The notes under the pieces: generated by a model
Database searches by the model: none
What the model was told of the DNA's origin: nothing
Seen by the model: the letters and a program-made list of their open reading frames with translations, nothing else
Part shown: positions 1 to 9,632 of the stretch, piece after piece
Numbering within the stretch: the first letter of the stretch is position 1
Layout of the letters: each line of letters begins with the position of its first letter
Translations under genes and position numbers: made by a program
NCBI GenBank assembly: GCA_964342185.1
Contig: CAYFER010000002.1
Span: forward strand, 23,717-87,716
Length of the DNA: 64,000 bases
From: an uncultured Vicinamibacteraceae bacterium
Lineage (GTDB): Bacteria > Acidobacteriota > Vicinamibacteria > Vicinamibacterales > UBA8438
Direction of reading: 5' to 3'

Positions 1-1
1 C

Positions 2-193
2 TTCGTTCTATCGGGAGCGTTGATATCCAGAATACATTGCCGTCTACTAATTACGAATAACGAGTTAACAGTTGAAGACATGAACAGCACGAACGGGACG
101 TTCGTCAACGACCAGCGGATATCGCAATCGCAACTCAACTCTGGCGACCGATTAAGATTAGGGCGACTTGAACTAATCGTTTCGGAAGAATGA
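2..193 (+). CDS. FHA-domain protein, C-terminal part (5' truncated by window edge)
   Basis: Hand translation of frame 2 gives FVLSGALISRIHCRLLITNNELTVEDMNSTNGTFVNDQRISQSQLNSGDRLRLGRLELIVSEE*. SRxH, DxNSTNGTFVN and GDxLxLG are FHA signatures. Not in the ORF track. Confidence 0.85.
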   Translation, partial: FVLSGALISRIHCRLLITNNELTVEDMNSTNGTFVNDQRISQSQLNSGDRLRLGRLELIVSEE

Positions 194-197
194 ATCG

Positions 198-938
198 TTA
201 CTTTCGAGGTTGTGAGGGTCTAATTTCAACCCGACTAGGAAGACTTCTGGGTTCATGATTTAACAAATCGACGACGACTTGGGCAACATCTCTGGGGTCC
301 AGTTTGCTCGTAATCGATGAACTTTCATCGTTACCTGAAAACCGAGTATCAACCGAGCCAGGTGCAACACAACTCACCCGAATATTGTCGTACCGAAGTT
401 CCTGCATTAGCACTTCGCTAACCGCGTCAAGACCGGCCTTAGACGCACAGTACGCCGCACCGCCAGAAAACGGGTGGCTACCCGCCAAACTGCTGATGTT
501 GATAATCCACCCTCCTCGGCTAGCTTTCATCAACGGGATAGCTGCTCGACACGCAAAAAACACACCACTGAGGTTTGTTTCGATCACCTTGTTCCAGTCC
601 TCTATCGACAACTTGGCCAATTCCTGAAAATGTCCGACACCGGCGTTATTAATCAAGATATCCAGTCGTCCGAAAGTGTCGACCGTCCGTGCCATTAAGT
701 CTTCCATCTGCCCTGGTTCACGAACATCGGCTGAGTAACTTTCGATCCGACCTGATTGCTTCTCAGACCCAACTGTAGTGGCAATCTGGTGAGCAACCGA
801 AGACAGCAAGTCGGTTGAACGGCCAGAGAGCATGACGTTGAACCCCTGCGACGCTAACGCCGTCGCGATGGCCTGGCCAATACCACGGGATGCTCCCGTG
901 ACAGTTACGGCCCTACTTTCCAGCTGATCATCAGTCAT
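198..938 (-). CDS. Short-chain dehydrogenase/reductase (SDR)
   Basis: TGASRGIG, NNAG and YCASK (YxxxK) motifs. Start moved to ATG 938 (MTDDQ) to avoid overlapping the divergent gene. Confidence 0.9.
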   Translation of the reverse strand: MTDDQLESRAVTVTGASRGIGQAIATALASQGFNVMLSGRSTDLLSSVAHQIATTVGSEKQSGRIESYSADVREPGQMEDLMARTVDTFGRLDILINNAGVGHFQELAKLSIEDWNKVIETNLSGVFFACRAAIPLMKASRGGWIINISSLAGSHPFSGGAAYCASKAGLDAVSEVLMQELRYDNIRVSCVAPGSVDTRFSGNDESSSITSKLDPRDVAQVVVDLLNHEPRSLPSRVEIRPSQPRK

Positions 939-970
939 GTGCAATAGAATACCGCTCCAGAGGTTCAAGA

Positions 971-1825
971 ATGTCAATTGTTTCAATCGTTGGTGCGGGA
1001 CATCTTGGCGGTATGCTTGCGTTCACGCTCGCAACTAATGAAAGAGTTCGTGAAATTAGACTGTTCGACACAACCGAAGCAATTGCGTCAGGAACAGCAC
1101 TCGATATACAGCAGGCAGGAGCCGTCGAGAGCTTTGATACTACTGTTGTGTCCTATCGAGAATTACCCGCAGTCATTGGGTCAGACATCGTAATTCTGAC
1201 TGGTCCGGCTAAAAAACCTGCCACAGAATGGAGTGAAGATGATGGTCTAGAAATACTCCAACAGTTAGGACATCTCAATCGGCGGGCCTTGACAGTCTGT
1301 GCTGGAATTGGACATCGGCGGTTAATCGAACGAGGCGCTGCGGAAACACCACTTTCTGGAAACCGCCTCGTCGGCTCTGGACCCTACGCGCTGCAGAACG
1401 CACTAAAAACCCTGGTCGCGCTCGAACTACAATGTTCGTCTCTTGATGTGTCCTTAGCGGTTCTGGGAACCCCACCGACTCATCTTGTGATTCCATGGAG
1501 TGGAGCGTCGGTCCAAGGCGTTCAATTGTCAGAATTGCTTTCTCCAAGAAGACTCGAATTGATTCAGGAGAAGTTAGTCCGCCAGTGGCCTCTTGGTCCT
1601 TACGCGCTGGCAGCCGCAGCAGCAAGACTATGCGAAATCGTTCTTCAGGAAACAAGCATCTATGGAATTAATTGCTACGCTGTACTCAACGAAGAATCAA
1701 ACCTGCCCGGTCGCGTAGCTGCAGTAACGGCAAGTATTGACAAATCAGGTGTTAAAAAAATCGTTCCGCCAGTGTTGAATATAAGAGAACAGGTGGCGCT
1801 CGATAATGCACTGTTGAAGCCCTAG
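971..1825 (+). CDS. Lactate/malate dehydrogenase-fold protein with degenerate active site
   Basis: N-terminal IVGAGHLG Rossmann motif, LFD, GTALDI and GSDIVILT match MDH/LDH. The catalytic motifs are not recognisable. Confidence 0.75.
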   Translation: MSIVSIVGAGHLGGMLAFTLATNERVREIRLFDTTEAIASGTALDIQQAGAVESFDTTVVSYRELPAVIGSDIVILTGPAKKPATEWSEDDGLEILQQLGHLNRRALTVCAGIGHRRLIERGAAETPLSGNRLVGSGPYALQNALKTLVALELQCSSLDVSLAVLGTPPTHLVIPWSGASVQGVQLSELLSPRRLELIQEKLVRQWPLGPYALAAAAARLCEIVLQETSIYGINCYAVLNEESNLPGRVAAVTASIDKSGVKKIVPPVLNIREQVALDNALLKP

Positions 1826-1900
1826 TTAATCGTTTTAAGGCCCGGTCCATAATTCACAGTGCCCATATTAACGACCAACCTCGTCGTGCGACCAAGAAGT

Positions 1901-2578
1901 TCAGGTTGCTGTTTCCTGGCTACTTACCACACGCTCAAATACAGAACCAAATTCCTTAATCAGAGTACTCTCGACTGACTCGCACAACACTCGAGAACCA
2001 GTTATATGCGACAGAGAGGTTACACCTTTCCCATCAATACCGCACGGTCGAATTAGATTAAAATAAGTGAGATCAGTTGAAACGTTCAGGGCGAAACCGT
2101 GACTCGTTACCCAACGTGAAAAACGGACACCGATAGCAGCGAGTTTATTATCGCCAACCCATACACCCGTCAGACCTGGAATCCGATTGCCGCGAACACC
2201 AAACGTCAAGACCGTTCTCATGATCACGGTTTCCAAGTCGCGCACGTAACGATGAACATCGCAGCGGTCAGGACGTAAATCGAGAATGGGATAGCCGACC
2301 AACTGGCCTGGGCCATGATAGGTGACATCGCCACCACGGGTTACATCATGAAGTTCGACACCCATTCCGGACAACTGCGCTGGGGTTACTAGAAGATTAG
2401 AAAGACGATGGCGGGCGTTTACACCAAGGGTGACAACATGTGGATGTTCCACCAAAAGCAAGACATCAGGCACTTCATTGTCACGTCGCTGTCTAACCAG
2501 TGTCTGCTGGATTTCCAAGGCATCGACATACGACATCATGCCCAGCTTACGAACTTCTACCGTCGACTGCCTTGCCAT
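1901..2578 (-). CDS. lipB: Lipoyl(octanoyl) transferase LipB
   Basis: EHPHVVTLG, RGGDVTYHGPGQLVGYPI, KLAAIG, HGFALNV and PCG motifs. Confidence 0.95.
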   Translation of the reverse strand: MARQSTVEVRKLGMMSYVDALEIQQTLVRQRRDNEVPDVLLLVEHPHVVTLGVNARHRLSNLLVTPAQLSGMGVELHDVTRGGDVTYHGPGQLVGYPILDLRPDRCDVHRYVRDLETVIMRTVLTFGVRGNRIPGLTGVWVGDNKLAAIGVRFSRWVTSHGFALNVSTDLTYFNLIRPCGIDGKGVTSLSHITGSRVLCESVESTLIKEFGSVFERVVSSQETAT

Positions 2579-2609
2579 AAAACCTAGACTGGAAGTTTCT
2601 CAAACGAGT

Positions 2610-3797
2610 TCACAGAAGGTGTTCGTCGAACTTCTCAAGATGCTCCTTGACACTACTCATAAATCGGTCAGCTACTGCACCATCAATAATACGGTGATCG
2701 AACCCGAGCGTAAGATACGAACGGGTTCTTGCGACAATTTCTCCATTCACTACGACCGGACGAACTTCGACGGCACCCATACATAAAATCGCAAGTTGCG
2801 GTTGATTGATGATCGGCATCCCAAAACTTGAACCAAAGACACCAGGATTGGTGACCGTGAAAGTCCCACCAATAACCTCTTCAGGCTGAAGCTGCTTCGA
2901 ACGTGCTCGGTGCGATAGGTCACCGATTGACCGACTAAGTTCCACCATGCTCTTACTGTGTGCATTCCTTATCACCGGCGCTATTAATCCCCAGTCCAGG
3001 GCAACCGCTATGGCCAAATTGACGTCTTCACTGTAGACAATATTGCTGCCATCCACTGATGCATTCACAATAGGAACTTCGTGTAGCGCCTCGACGACCG
3101 CCTTTGCGACAAACACCAGGTAACTTAATTTGTGCCCGGCTTCTTCATATGTAGACCGATGCAGCACCCGAAGCTCGGACACACGTGAGAAATCAACATC
3201 GAACACGGTGTGCACATGAGCAGAAGTGCTGCGACTTTCCACCATGCGCTCTGCGATGCGACTACGCATTGCCGTCATGGGTTCTACCCGACCAGGTAGA
3301 CTCTCCATTTCACGAACCGCTCTCAGCACATCAGCCTTGGTAACGCGCCCACCAGTTCCAGTACCAGAAATGGTATTGGGATCGATTTGGTGCTCAGCAA
3401 CCAACTTCCGAACTACCGGAGAGAAGCCTTGATTTATGGACTGGTTACGTTTTTCGGTCTGCACGAGCCCTGACTCGACATTATCCGAATCAGGTAATCG
3501 TTCGCTTGTCGGAGATGACGGGGGGCCATCGTCACTGCTCTCACTGACTTCGACGTCCTCGCGTTCGCCAATCAATGCAACAACGGTGTCCACAAGAACA
3601 GTGTCACCTTCAGCAGCCAAAATCTTAGTAATTACACCTGCGGCTGGCGACGGAATTTCCGCATCGACTTTGTCGGTCGAAACCTCGAACAGCGGTTCCT
3701 CTTGTACTACGGCGTCACCCACTTTCTTGTTCCACCGAACGATTGTCCCCTCAGCAATGGATTCGCCGAGTTGCGGCATTAAGACGTTAGTAGGCAT
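2610..3797 (-). CDS. 2-oxoacid dehydrogenase E2 (dihydrolipoamide acyltransferase)
   Basis: Lipoyl domain (MPQLGES...STDKV), E3-binding domain (SPVVRKL...GTGTGGRVTK) and catalytic DHRIIDG. Substrate specificity cannot be determined. Confidence 0.93.
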   Translation of the reverse strand: MPTNVLMPQLGESIAEGTIVRWNKKVGDAVVQEEPLFEVSTDKVDAEIPSPAAGVITKILAAEGDTVLVDTVVALIGEREDVEVSESSDDGPPSSPTSERLPDSDNVESGLVQTEKRNQSINQGFSPVVRKLVAEHQIDPNTISGTGTGGRVTKADVLRAVREMESLPGRVEPMTAMRSRIAERMVESRSTSAHVHTVFDVDFSRVSELRVLHRSTYEEAGHKLSYLVFVAKAVVEALHEVPIVNASVDGSNIVYSEDVNLAIAVALDWGLIAPVIRNAHSKSMVELSRSIGDLSHRARSKQLQPEEVIGGTFTVTNPGVFGSSFGMPIINQPQLAILCMGAVEVRPVVVNGEIVARTRSYLTLGFDHRIIDGAVADRFMSSVKEHLEKFDEHLL

Positions 3798-4142
3798 AGC
3801 GCGCGATACGTTAACCTTGGATCCTAAGAGTGTCAAGAAACAGGCGCCCTACCTCAATTAGTGGGCGCCCGACAACCGACAAATGGCGTACTCGCCACAA
3901 CCGCTACTAAATTCACACTGAGTGGTGAACTGGATACCAGTACACAGTAACGACCACTGGTTTCATCGGCCGTTTATTAAGGAGAGCAGATATGGCCAGT
4001 TCTTATAGCCTAACCAGCAGATATTGAGGCTAACTGGGTACTGCAGTATTACCTTCGTTACGACAAAGTACACGAAGCCGACCAGCGGATCACCCGCAAG
4101 CCAGCTCCGGTCCACACAGTTTCGCTGTACGTCTAGATGGAA

Positions 4143-4439
4143 CTAACTAGGCAGTACTGAGTCCTTAAGCTGCTTTGCGATTCGCGCTTTAACAACGGTC
4201 TTTTCTGGTATCTGAATAGACTGACCGGTCGCCGGATTGCGACCCATGCGCGCTTTCCTAGTCTGCACAACCAATTTTACCATTCCAGGCAGCACGAACT
4301 CGCCACTACGCTTCAGCTCACTCTCGGACAGTTGCTGGAGATGATCAAAGAAATCACGAGCTTCTGTTCGCTTGAGACCAAATCGATCCGCAAAGTTCGA
4401 AAAGAGCTCGGTCTTACTCATTCGTTTGCCATCTGCCAT
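4143..4439 (-). CDS. HU/IHF family DNA-binding protein
   Basis: MSKTEL...RKARMGRNPATGQSIQIP...KQLKD. GGGGGA Shine-Dalgarno-like sequence before ATG 4439. Confidence 0.93.
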   Translation of the reverse strand: MADGKRMSKTELFSNFADRFGLKRTEARDFFDHLQQLSESELKRSGEFVLPGMVKLVVQTRKARMGRNPATGQSIQIPEKTVVKARIAKQLKDSVLPS

Positions 4440-4625
4440 CGGCATCCCCCTAAGGTACGGGCGCGCTAGTAAGTACTGCAAAACCGGTCGCGCGCGCGAG
4501 CAACCGTTGCAGAAGAAAACCCAATAAAAACGCGCCTGATGCTAGCGCGCGGGTCTTCTGGTGTCAATCATTCTTCTCCTAGTAATTCCGATGCCCCTGC
4601 CAGAGATCCCGGTTAGAATCAAGTG

Positions 4626-4979
4626 ATGGATGAAGTCCAAGTTGAAACATTTCCCAATCAGCATCCGGAGCGCGATTATAAAATTGAGATTCGTTGCCCT
4701 GAATTTACCTCGGTCTGCCCAAAGACCGGACTGCCAGATTTCGGCGAAATACGAATCACCTACACTCCCGATGAGCGGTGCCTGGAACTCAAAGCGCTTA
4801 AACATTACTTGATTAGCTTTCGAAACAAAGGGATCTTTTATGAACACGTCACAAATCAGATCCTTGATAACCTTGTCGATGCGTGCCATCCGAGAGCCAT
4901 GGAGGTCGTTGGTGATTTCTCAGTCCGAGGTGGTATCAGCACACAGGTAACAGCGAGTTACGCCAAAGATGGTTCATGA
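4626..4979 (+). CDS. queF: NADPH-dependent 7-cyano-7-deazaguanine reductase QueF (short type)
   Basis: [26 protein letters not shown] and RGGI motifs. Confidence 0.95.
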   Translation: MDEVQVETFPNQHPERDYKIEIRCPEFTSVCPKTGLPDFGEIRITYTPDERCLELKALKHYLISFRNKGIFYEHVTNQILDNLVDACHPRAMEVVGDFSVRGGISTQVTASYAKDGS

Positions 4980-5250
4980 AGTTCCGGTAGACGGGGTACT
5001 CGACCTACATTGCTTCGCTCCCCGAGACGTTTCATCGATTGTGACCGAATACCTTTGCGCTGCCGCGGCGACGGGGCTTCAAGAGGTACGGTTGATCCAC
5101 GGCCGCGGTAAGGGTGTTCAACGTTCCATCGTCCACACTACAGTCGAACGCCACCCTGGGGTAAAAGAGTTTTGGGATGCCCCCGACTCCCACCTGGGCG
5201 CCACGGTGGTCGTGTTGACACCCATAAAACAAATTAAATCAAAGATCTAA
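4969..5250 (+). CDS. Stand-alone Smr-domain protein
   Basis: LDLH, IHGRGKG and GATVV motifs. Overlaps the queF stop. Confidence 0.9.
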   Translation: MVHEVPVDGVLDLHCFAPRDVSSIVTEYLCAAAATGLQEVRLIHGRGKGVQRSIVHTTVERHPGVKEFWDAPDSHLGATVVVLTPIKQIKSKI

Positions 5251-5296
5251 GGGAATAGAGTTATTTTGACCACCCGAGTCACCCGGAGGACCAAGA

Positions 5297-6067
5297 ATGG
5301 ATAGTTCGATACTGTTCAGCTTTGACTCTTTTGTCGCACTCCTCACACTAACGACACTCGAAATCGTTCTTGGCATCGACAATATTGTTTTCATCGCGGT
5401 TCTCACCGACCGGCTGCCTGAGAAACACCGGCGCTCAACGCGAACAACAGGATTAATCCTGGCAATGGTGATGCGTATTCTGCTGCTTTTTACCATCTTC
5501 TGGGTCATGCGTTTGACGGCACCGCTCTTTGAAGTTCCCTTTCTAACAGAGACGGTTGGAGAGAACATTAGCGCACCGCTGAGCATTAGCGGGAGGGATC
5601 TCATCCTCGTCTTGGGAGGACTATTCCTCTTAGCGAAGGCTACATTTGAAATTCATCACCTTTTGGAACAACCTGACCAGAAGAATAACCGTCGACAGAA
5701 AAGCGCTACCGTCGGGAATGTCTTGACACAAATTGTGATCCTCGATCTCGTATTCAGTCTCGACTCCGTAATCACAGCGATCGGAATGGTGGACCGGATC
5801 GAGATTATGATCACGGCTGTTGTGATCGCGATTGTGGTCATGATCGTCTTTGCCGAAACAGTAAGTAATTTCATCGCGCGCCATCCTTCGATGAAAACAC
5901 TAGCCCTCGCTTTTTTGGTAATGATTGGAGTGTTACTTATTGCCGATGGGCTTGGTCAACATCTTCCGCGCGGCTATGTTTATTTTGCGATGGCTTTCAG
6001 CCTGACAGTTGAGATCATCAACTTGCGAGCTGGTGCCAGACGTCGAACGTATGAGCCAATTAGATGA
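5297..6067 (+). CDS. TerC family integral membrane protein
   Basis: LEIVLGIDN, DLVFSLDSVITA and YFAMAFS motifs. GGAGG Shine-Dalgarno sequence. Confidence 0.93.
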   Translation: MDSSILFSFDSFVALLTLTTLEIVLGIDNIVFIAVLTDRLPEKHRRSTRTTGLILAMVMRILLLFTIFWVMRLTAPLFEVPFLTETVGENISAPLSISGRDLILVLGGLFLLAKATFEIHHLLEQPDQKNNRRQKSATVGNVLTQIVILDLVFSLDSVITAIGMVDRIEIMITAVVIAIVVMIVFAETVSNFIARHPSMKTLALAFLVMIGVLLIADGLGQHLPRGYVYFAMAFSLTVEIINLRAGARRRTYEPIR

Positions 6068-6999
6068 ATAGCGACCGGAAATCTGTCTTTATCGTGGCAT
6101 TAGTAACCGTCTGTAACGTCGTACCTACGGCACTCAGTCAACCAAACAGTTCGGTAGAATTGCTAATCGAATCCTCGACAGAACACAATGGCATAGCTGA
6201 ACAGATGCGAACATTTGCCTCCCAAGAATTCGTTAGTGTGATGAGACTAACTGGAACCCACAACCCCGGAGCCCCAATCCGAACCTTGTTATTATCGGAA
6301 CACTCAACTGCCGCACAAAATACGCCAAGCTGGGTCGCTGGCTTTGCTGACCCCGCCAATGACGTTGTAATAATCTTTCCCGACCGGGTCGGCTCCTATC
6401 CCTATCGGTCACTTGAAGGCGTCGTTTTCCATGAGGTGGCGCACATCTTGATCAGCCGAACTGCGAATGGTCGGTCGGTACCCCGCTGGTTTAACGAAGG
6501 TTTAGCCAGCGCGGCTGAACAAAGCTGGAGCCTCGAAGATCGATCCCGCTTTGCCTGGGAACTATTTGTTGGCTCTGATATGACCATCACCCAACTAGAA
6601 TCTTTGTTCAGCCAAAGTCGACAAGATGTTGCAAGGGCCTATGTAATTTCTGAAGCCTTCGTCCGGTACATACTCCAACGCTACGGTTCGTTCACCGCTG
6701 GCAGCGTTCTGAATCGAATGGGATCCGGAGCATCCTTTGATGCTGCACTCTACCTCACAACCGGACTCACCATCTCAGAGCATCTCGATCGCTTCTGGGC
6801 AGATCAAATGACTTGGAAATACTGGATCAATTTTGCTGGTCACCCATTCACACTCTGGGGCTTTTCCACGCTACTGGCGATCGCTGCCATTTGGCGACAC
6901 CGCCGACGCCGGCGAGAACGAAGACGGCAGTGGGAAATAGAAGAAGAATGGGAACAAGCAACTTGGGAGGAACACCGCCGAAAGTATCGACTTCACTGA
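6064..6999 (+). CDS. Exported, membrane-anchored gluzincin-type (peptidase MA-like) metallopeptidase
   Basis: Signal-like N-terminus, HEVAH followed by WFNEGLA, C-terminal TM helix and Arg-rich tail. ATGA overlap with the TerC gene. Confidence 0.8.
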   Translation: MNSDRKSVFIVALVTVCNVVPTALSQPNSSVELLIESSTEHNGIAEQMRTFASQEFVSVMRLTGTHNPGAPIRTLLLSEHSTAAQNTPSWVAGFADPANDVVIIFPDRVGSYPYRSLEGVVFHEVAHILISRTANGRSVPRWFNEGLASAAEQSWSLEDRSRFAWELFVGSDMTITQLESLFSQSRQDVARAYVISEAFVRYILQRYGSFTAGSVLNRMGSGASFDAALYLTTGLTISEHLDRFWADQMTWKYWINFAGHPFTLWGFSTLLAIAAIWRHRRRRRERRRQWEIEEEWEQATWEEHRRKYRLH

Positions 7000-7030
7000 A
7001 AGCACTACACCGCCAGCAACTGAATGAATC

Positions 7031-7774
7031 TCACCCGCCTGAAAAAACCCGCAGCAGTCGGCTGACTGGGTCGTACAATTGATCAACAACTCGTTCCTTT
7101 AACGGAATAATTGCATTATCAGTGATAGTAATTTCTTCTGGACAAACCTTCGTGCAACACTTGGTTATATTGCAATAACCAATACCATGATCGTTGGCAA
7201 GGTCGTTTGCTCGGTCTTCAGTGTCGAGAGGATTCATCTCGAGTTGAGCATTGTGAACAAAAAAGCGAGGCCCAATGAACTCATGGTGCAATCGATGATC
7301 TCTTAAAACGTGACAGACATCCTGACACAAGAAACACTCGATACACTTGCGGAACTCCTGCACCCGCTCGGCATCTGACTGGAACATCCGCCAACTGCCA
7401 TCATCTGCATCCGGAGGCCGTGGCTTAAATGCCTTGATTCGTTTCTTGACTTCATAGTTCCAAGAAACGTCGGTAACCAGATCACGAATTGGCGGAAACG
7501 CCCGCATCGGCTCAACCGTAACCGGTTCATCAAGGTTTAAACTGTTGAGCCGGGTCATGCACATCAATTTTGGTTGACCGTTTACTTCCGCCGAGCATGA
7601 CCCACATTTTCCCGCCTTACAATTCCAACGAACTGCAAGATCGTTTGCTGATTCAGCCTGAATCTGGTGCACAGCATCAAGCACAACCATTCCCTCTGTA
7701 ACGTCAGTGCTGAAGTCCTGATAGTCACCATCCTCCGCGTTGCCACGCCAGATCCTGAATGTTGCGGTCGCCAT
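7031..7774 (-). CDS. sdhB: Succinate dehydrogenase/fumarate reductase iron-sulfur subunit
   Basis: CKAGKCGSC...C, CIECFLCQDVC and CNITKCCTKVCP cluster motifs. Confidence 0.93.
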   Translation of the reverse strand: MATATFRIWRGNAEDGDYQDFSTDVTEGMVVLDAVHQIQAESANDLAVRWNCKAGKCGSCSAEVNGQPKLMCMTRLNSLNLDEPVTVEPMRAFPPIRDLVTDVSWNYEVKKRIKAFKPRPPDADDGSWRMFQSDAERVQEFRKCIECFLCQDVCHVLRDHRLHHEFIGPRFFVHNAQLEMNPLDTEDRANDLANDHGIGYCNITKCCTKVCPEEITITDNAIIPLKERVVDQLYDPVSRLLRVFSGG

Positions 7775-7809
7775 TGCCCTCTCCGTAAAAGTTTGGTCTA
7801 AACGCGCGT

Positions 7810-9624
7810 CTACTTCTGATTCTCTTCGATAATCCGCTGAAGGTCGTCTCGTGGAGGTGTAATCGCTTCTCGGCTGACCTCCATCGATTTATCGTCGGCT
7901 TGTCGAATAACTAATGTCGTCTTACCCCACTCTTCGTCTTTGCCGAGATGATCTTCCCGAAAATGAGCACCACGGCTTTCTTTACGCTCAGCAGCAGCGC
8001 GGGCAACCGCCTCAGCCACCGGCATCAAATTGCGTAGGTCAAGCGCTGTATGCCACCCTGCGTTGTATTCACGGTTACCTTGTGCTTCCACTCGAGTGGC
8101 CCGGTCCGCTAAACCTTTAAGCCCTTCGATCGCTTGTTTCAATTCTCCCTCGTTTCGAACGATGCCTACTTGACTCTGCATCATCTCCTGCAAGTCATAT
8201 TGCAATTGGTACGGATTCTCGCCGGCCCCTTGTCGCTCAAGTGGCGCGAGCGCAAGCCCAGCCACCGCGTCCACCTGGTCCTGCTCAACGGTGACCGTGC
8301 CGTGTTCCTGAGCAAACCGAGCAGCGTGCTCACCTGCGCGCTTGCCAAAAACAACTAGGTCGGACAAAGAATTTCCACCCAGTCGATTCGCACCATGCAG
8401 GCCACCCGCCACCTCACCCGCCGCAAACAGGCCCGGGACCGCCGACATCTGCGAATCAGGGTCAACCCGAACCCCTCCCATCACATAATGAGTAGTCGGA
8501 CCAACCTCCATCGGTTCGGCAGTAATGTCAATACCCGCCAGCTGCTTAAACTGGTGGTACATGCTCGGCAATTTCTTCTTAATATGCTCCTGAGCATTAG
8601 GTAACTTCTCTTTAATCCAAGCAATGTCAAGAAAGACACCGCCGTGTGGGCTACCCCGACCTTCTTTGATCTCTCGAACGATACATCGCGCCACATGGTC
8701 TCTCGTCAAGAGTTCAGGAGGCCTCCTGGCATTCTTATCACCCTGGGTATAAATCCATCCTTCCTCTGGATTATCAGCCGTCTGGTGCTTATAGAGATCA
8801 GGAATATCATCAAACATGAATCGATTTCCCTCACTATTTCGCAGCACACCCCCCTCGCCACGTACTCCTTCCGTCACGAGGATTCCCTTCACGGAAGGTG
8901 GCCAAACCATTCCGGTGGGATGAAACTGCACGAACTCCATGTCGATCAGCTCAGCACCAGCCCGATACGCAAGCGCATGACCATCGCCGGTATATTCCCA
9001 ACTATTGCTCGTCACCTTAAACGCCCGCCCGATACCACCCGATGCCAACACGATCGCTTTCGCCTTAAAAAGCCGAAAGCGGCCGCGCTCACGATCGTAG
9101 CCAAAGGCTCCAGCGATTCGATCACCATCCTTCAATAACTCGATGATCGTGCACTCCATATGCACATCGATGCCCTGATGTACGCCATAGTCTTGTAACG
9201 TCCGAATCATTTCGAGACCCGTCCGGTCACCGACATGTGCGAGACGCGGATACTTATGACCACCGAAATTCCTCTGCAAGATTCGACCATCTTTCGTGCG
9301 GTCGAACACCGCACCCCACGCTTCCAGTTCTCTAACACGGTCAGGAGCTTCTTTCGCATGCAGTTCGGCCATCCGCGAGTTATTGAGATACTGGCCACCT
9401 CTCATGGTGTCCGCAAAATGGGTTTCCCACCCGTCTCGATCATCAACGTTCGCGAGTGACGCAGCCATGCCGCCTTCAGCCATAACAGTGTGTGCCTTCC
9501 CTAATAAAGACTTACACACAAGACCAACGGACACCCCACCCGCCGAAGCCTCAATCGCCGCACGTAAGCCGGCACCGCCTGCCCCAATTACCAGCACATC
9601 GTGTTCAAAGGTCTGATACTCCAT
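7810..9624 (-). CDS. sdhA: Succinate dehydrogenase/fumarate reductase flavoprotein subunit
   Basis: GAGGAG, AHTVMAEGG (covalent-FAD His), QFHPTG, HYVMGG, HGANRLGGNSL and ESRGAH motifs. Start taken at MEYQ. Confidence 0.95.
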   Translation of the reverse strand: MEYQTFEHDVLVIGAGGAGLRAAIEASAGGVSVGLVCKSLLGKAHTVMAEGGMAASLANVDDRDGWETHFADTMRGGQYLNNSRMAELHAKEAPDRVRELEAWGAVFDRTKDGRILQRNFGGHKYPRLAHVGDRTGLEMIRTLQDYGVHQGIDVHMECTIIELLKDGDRIAGAFGYDRERGRFRLFKAKAIVLASGGIGRAFKVTSNSWEYTGDGHALAYRAGAELIDMEFVQFHPTGMVWPPSVKGILVTEGVRGEGGVLRNSEGNRFMFDDIPDLYKHQTADNPEEGWIYTQGDKNARRPPELLTRDHVARCIVREIKEGRGSPHGGVFLDIAWIKEKLPNAQEHIKKKLPSMYHQFKQLAGIDITAEPMEVGPTTHYVMGGVRVDPDSQMSAVPGLFAAGEVAGGLHGANRLGGNSLSDLVVFGKRAGEHAARFAQEHGTVTVEQDQVDAVAGLALAPLERQGAGENPYQLQYDLQEMMQSQVGIVRNEGELKQAIEGLKGLADRATRVEAQGNREYNAGWHTALDLRNLMPVAEAVARAAAERKESRGAHFREDHLGKDEEWGKTTLVIRQADDKSMEVSREAITPPRDDLQRIIEENQK

Positions 9625-9632
9625 CGTCTTAC

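Noticed and set aside
4482-4625. preQ1 riboswitch before queF
   Set aside because: No recognisable stem plus A-rich tail consensus, and the gene looks leaderless.
5245-5296. yybP-ykoY Mn riboswitch before terC
   Set aside because: AAGGGAATAG weakly resembles the 5' motif, but the spacer is only 46 nt, too short for the four-way junction.
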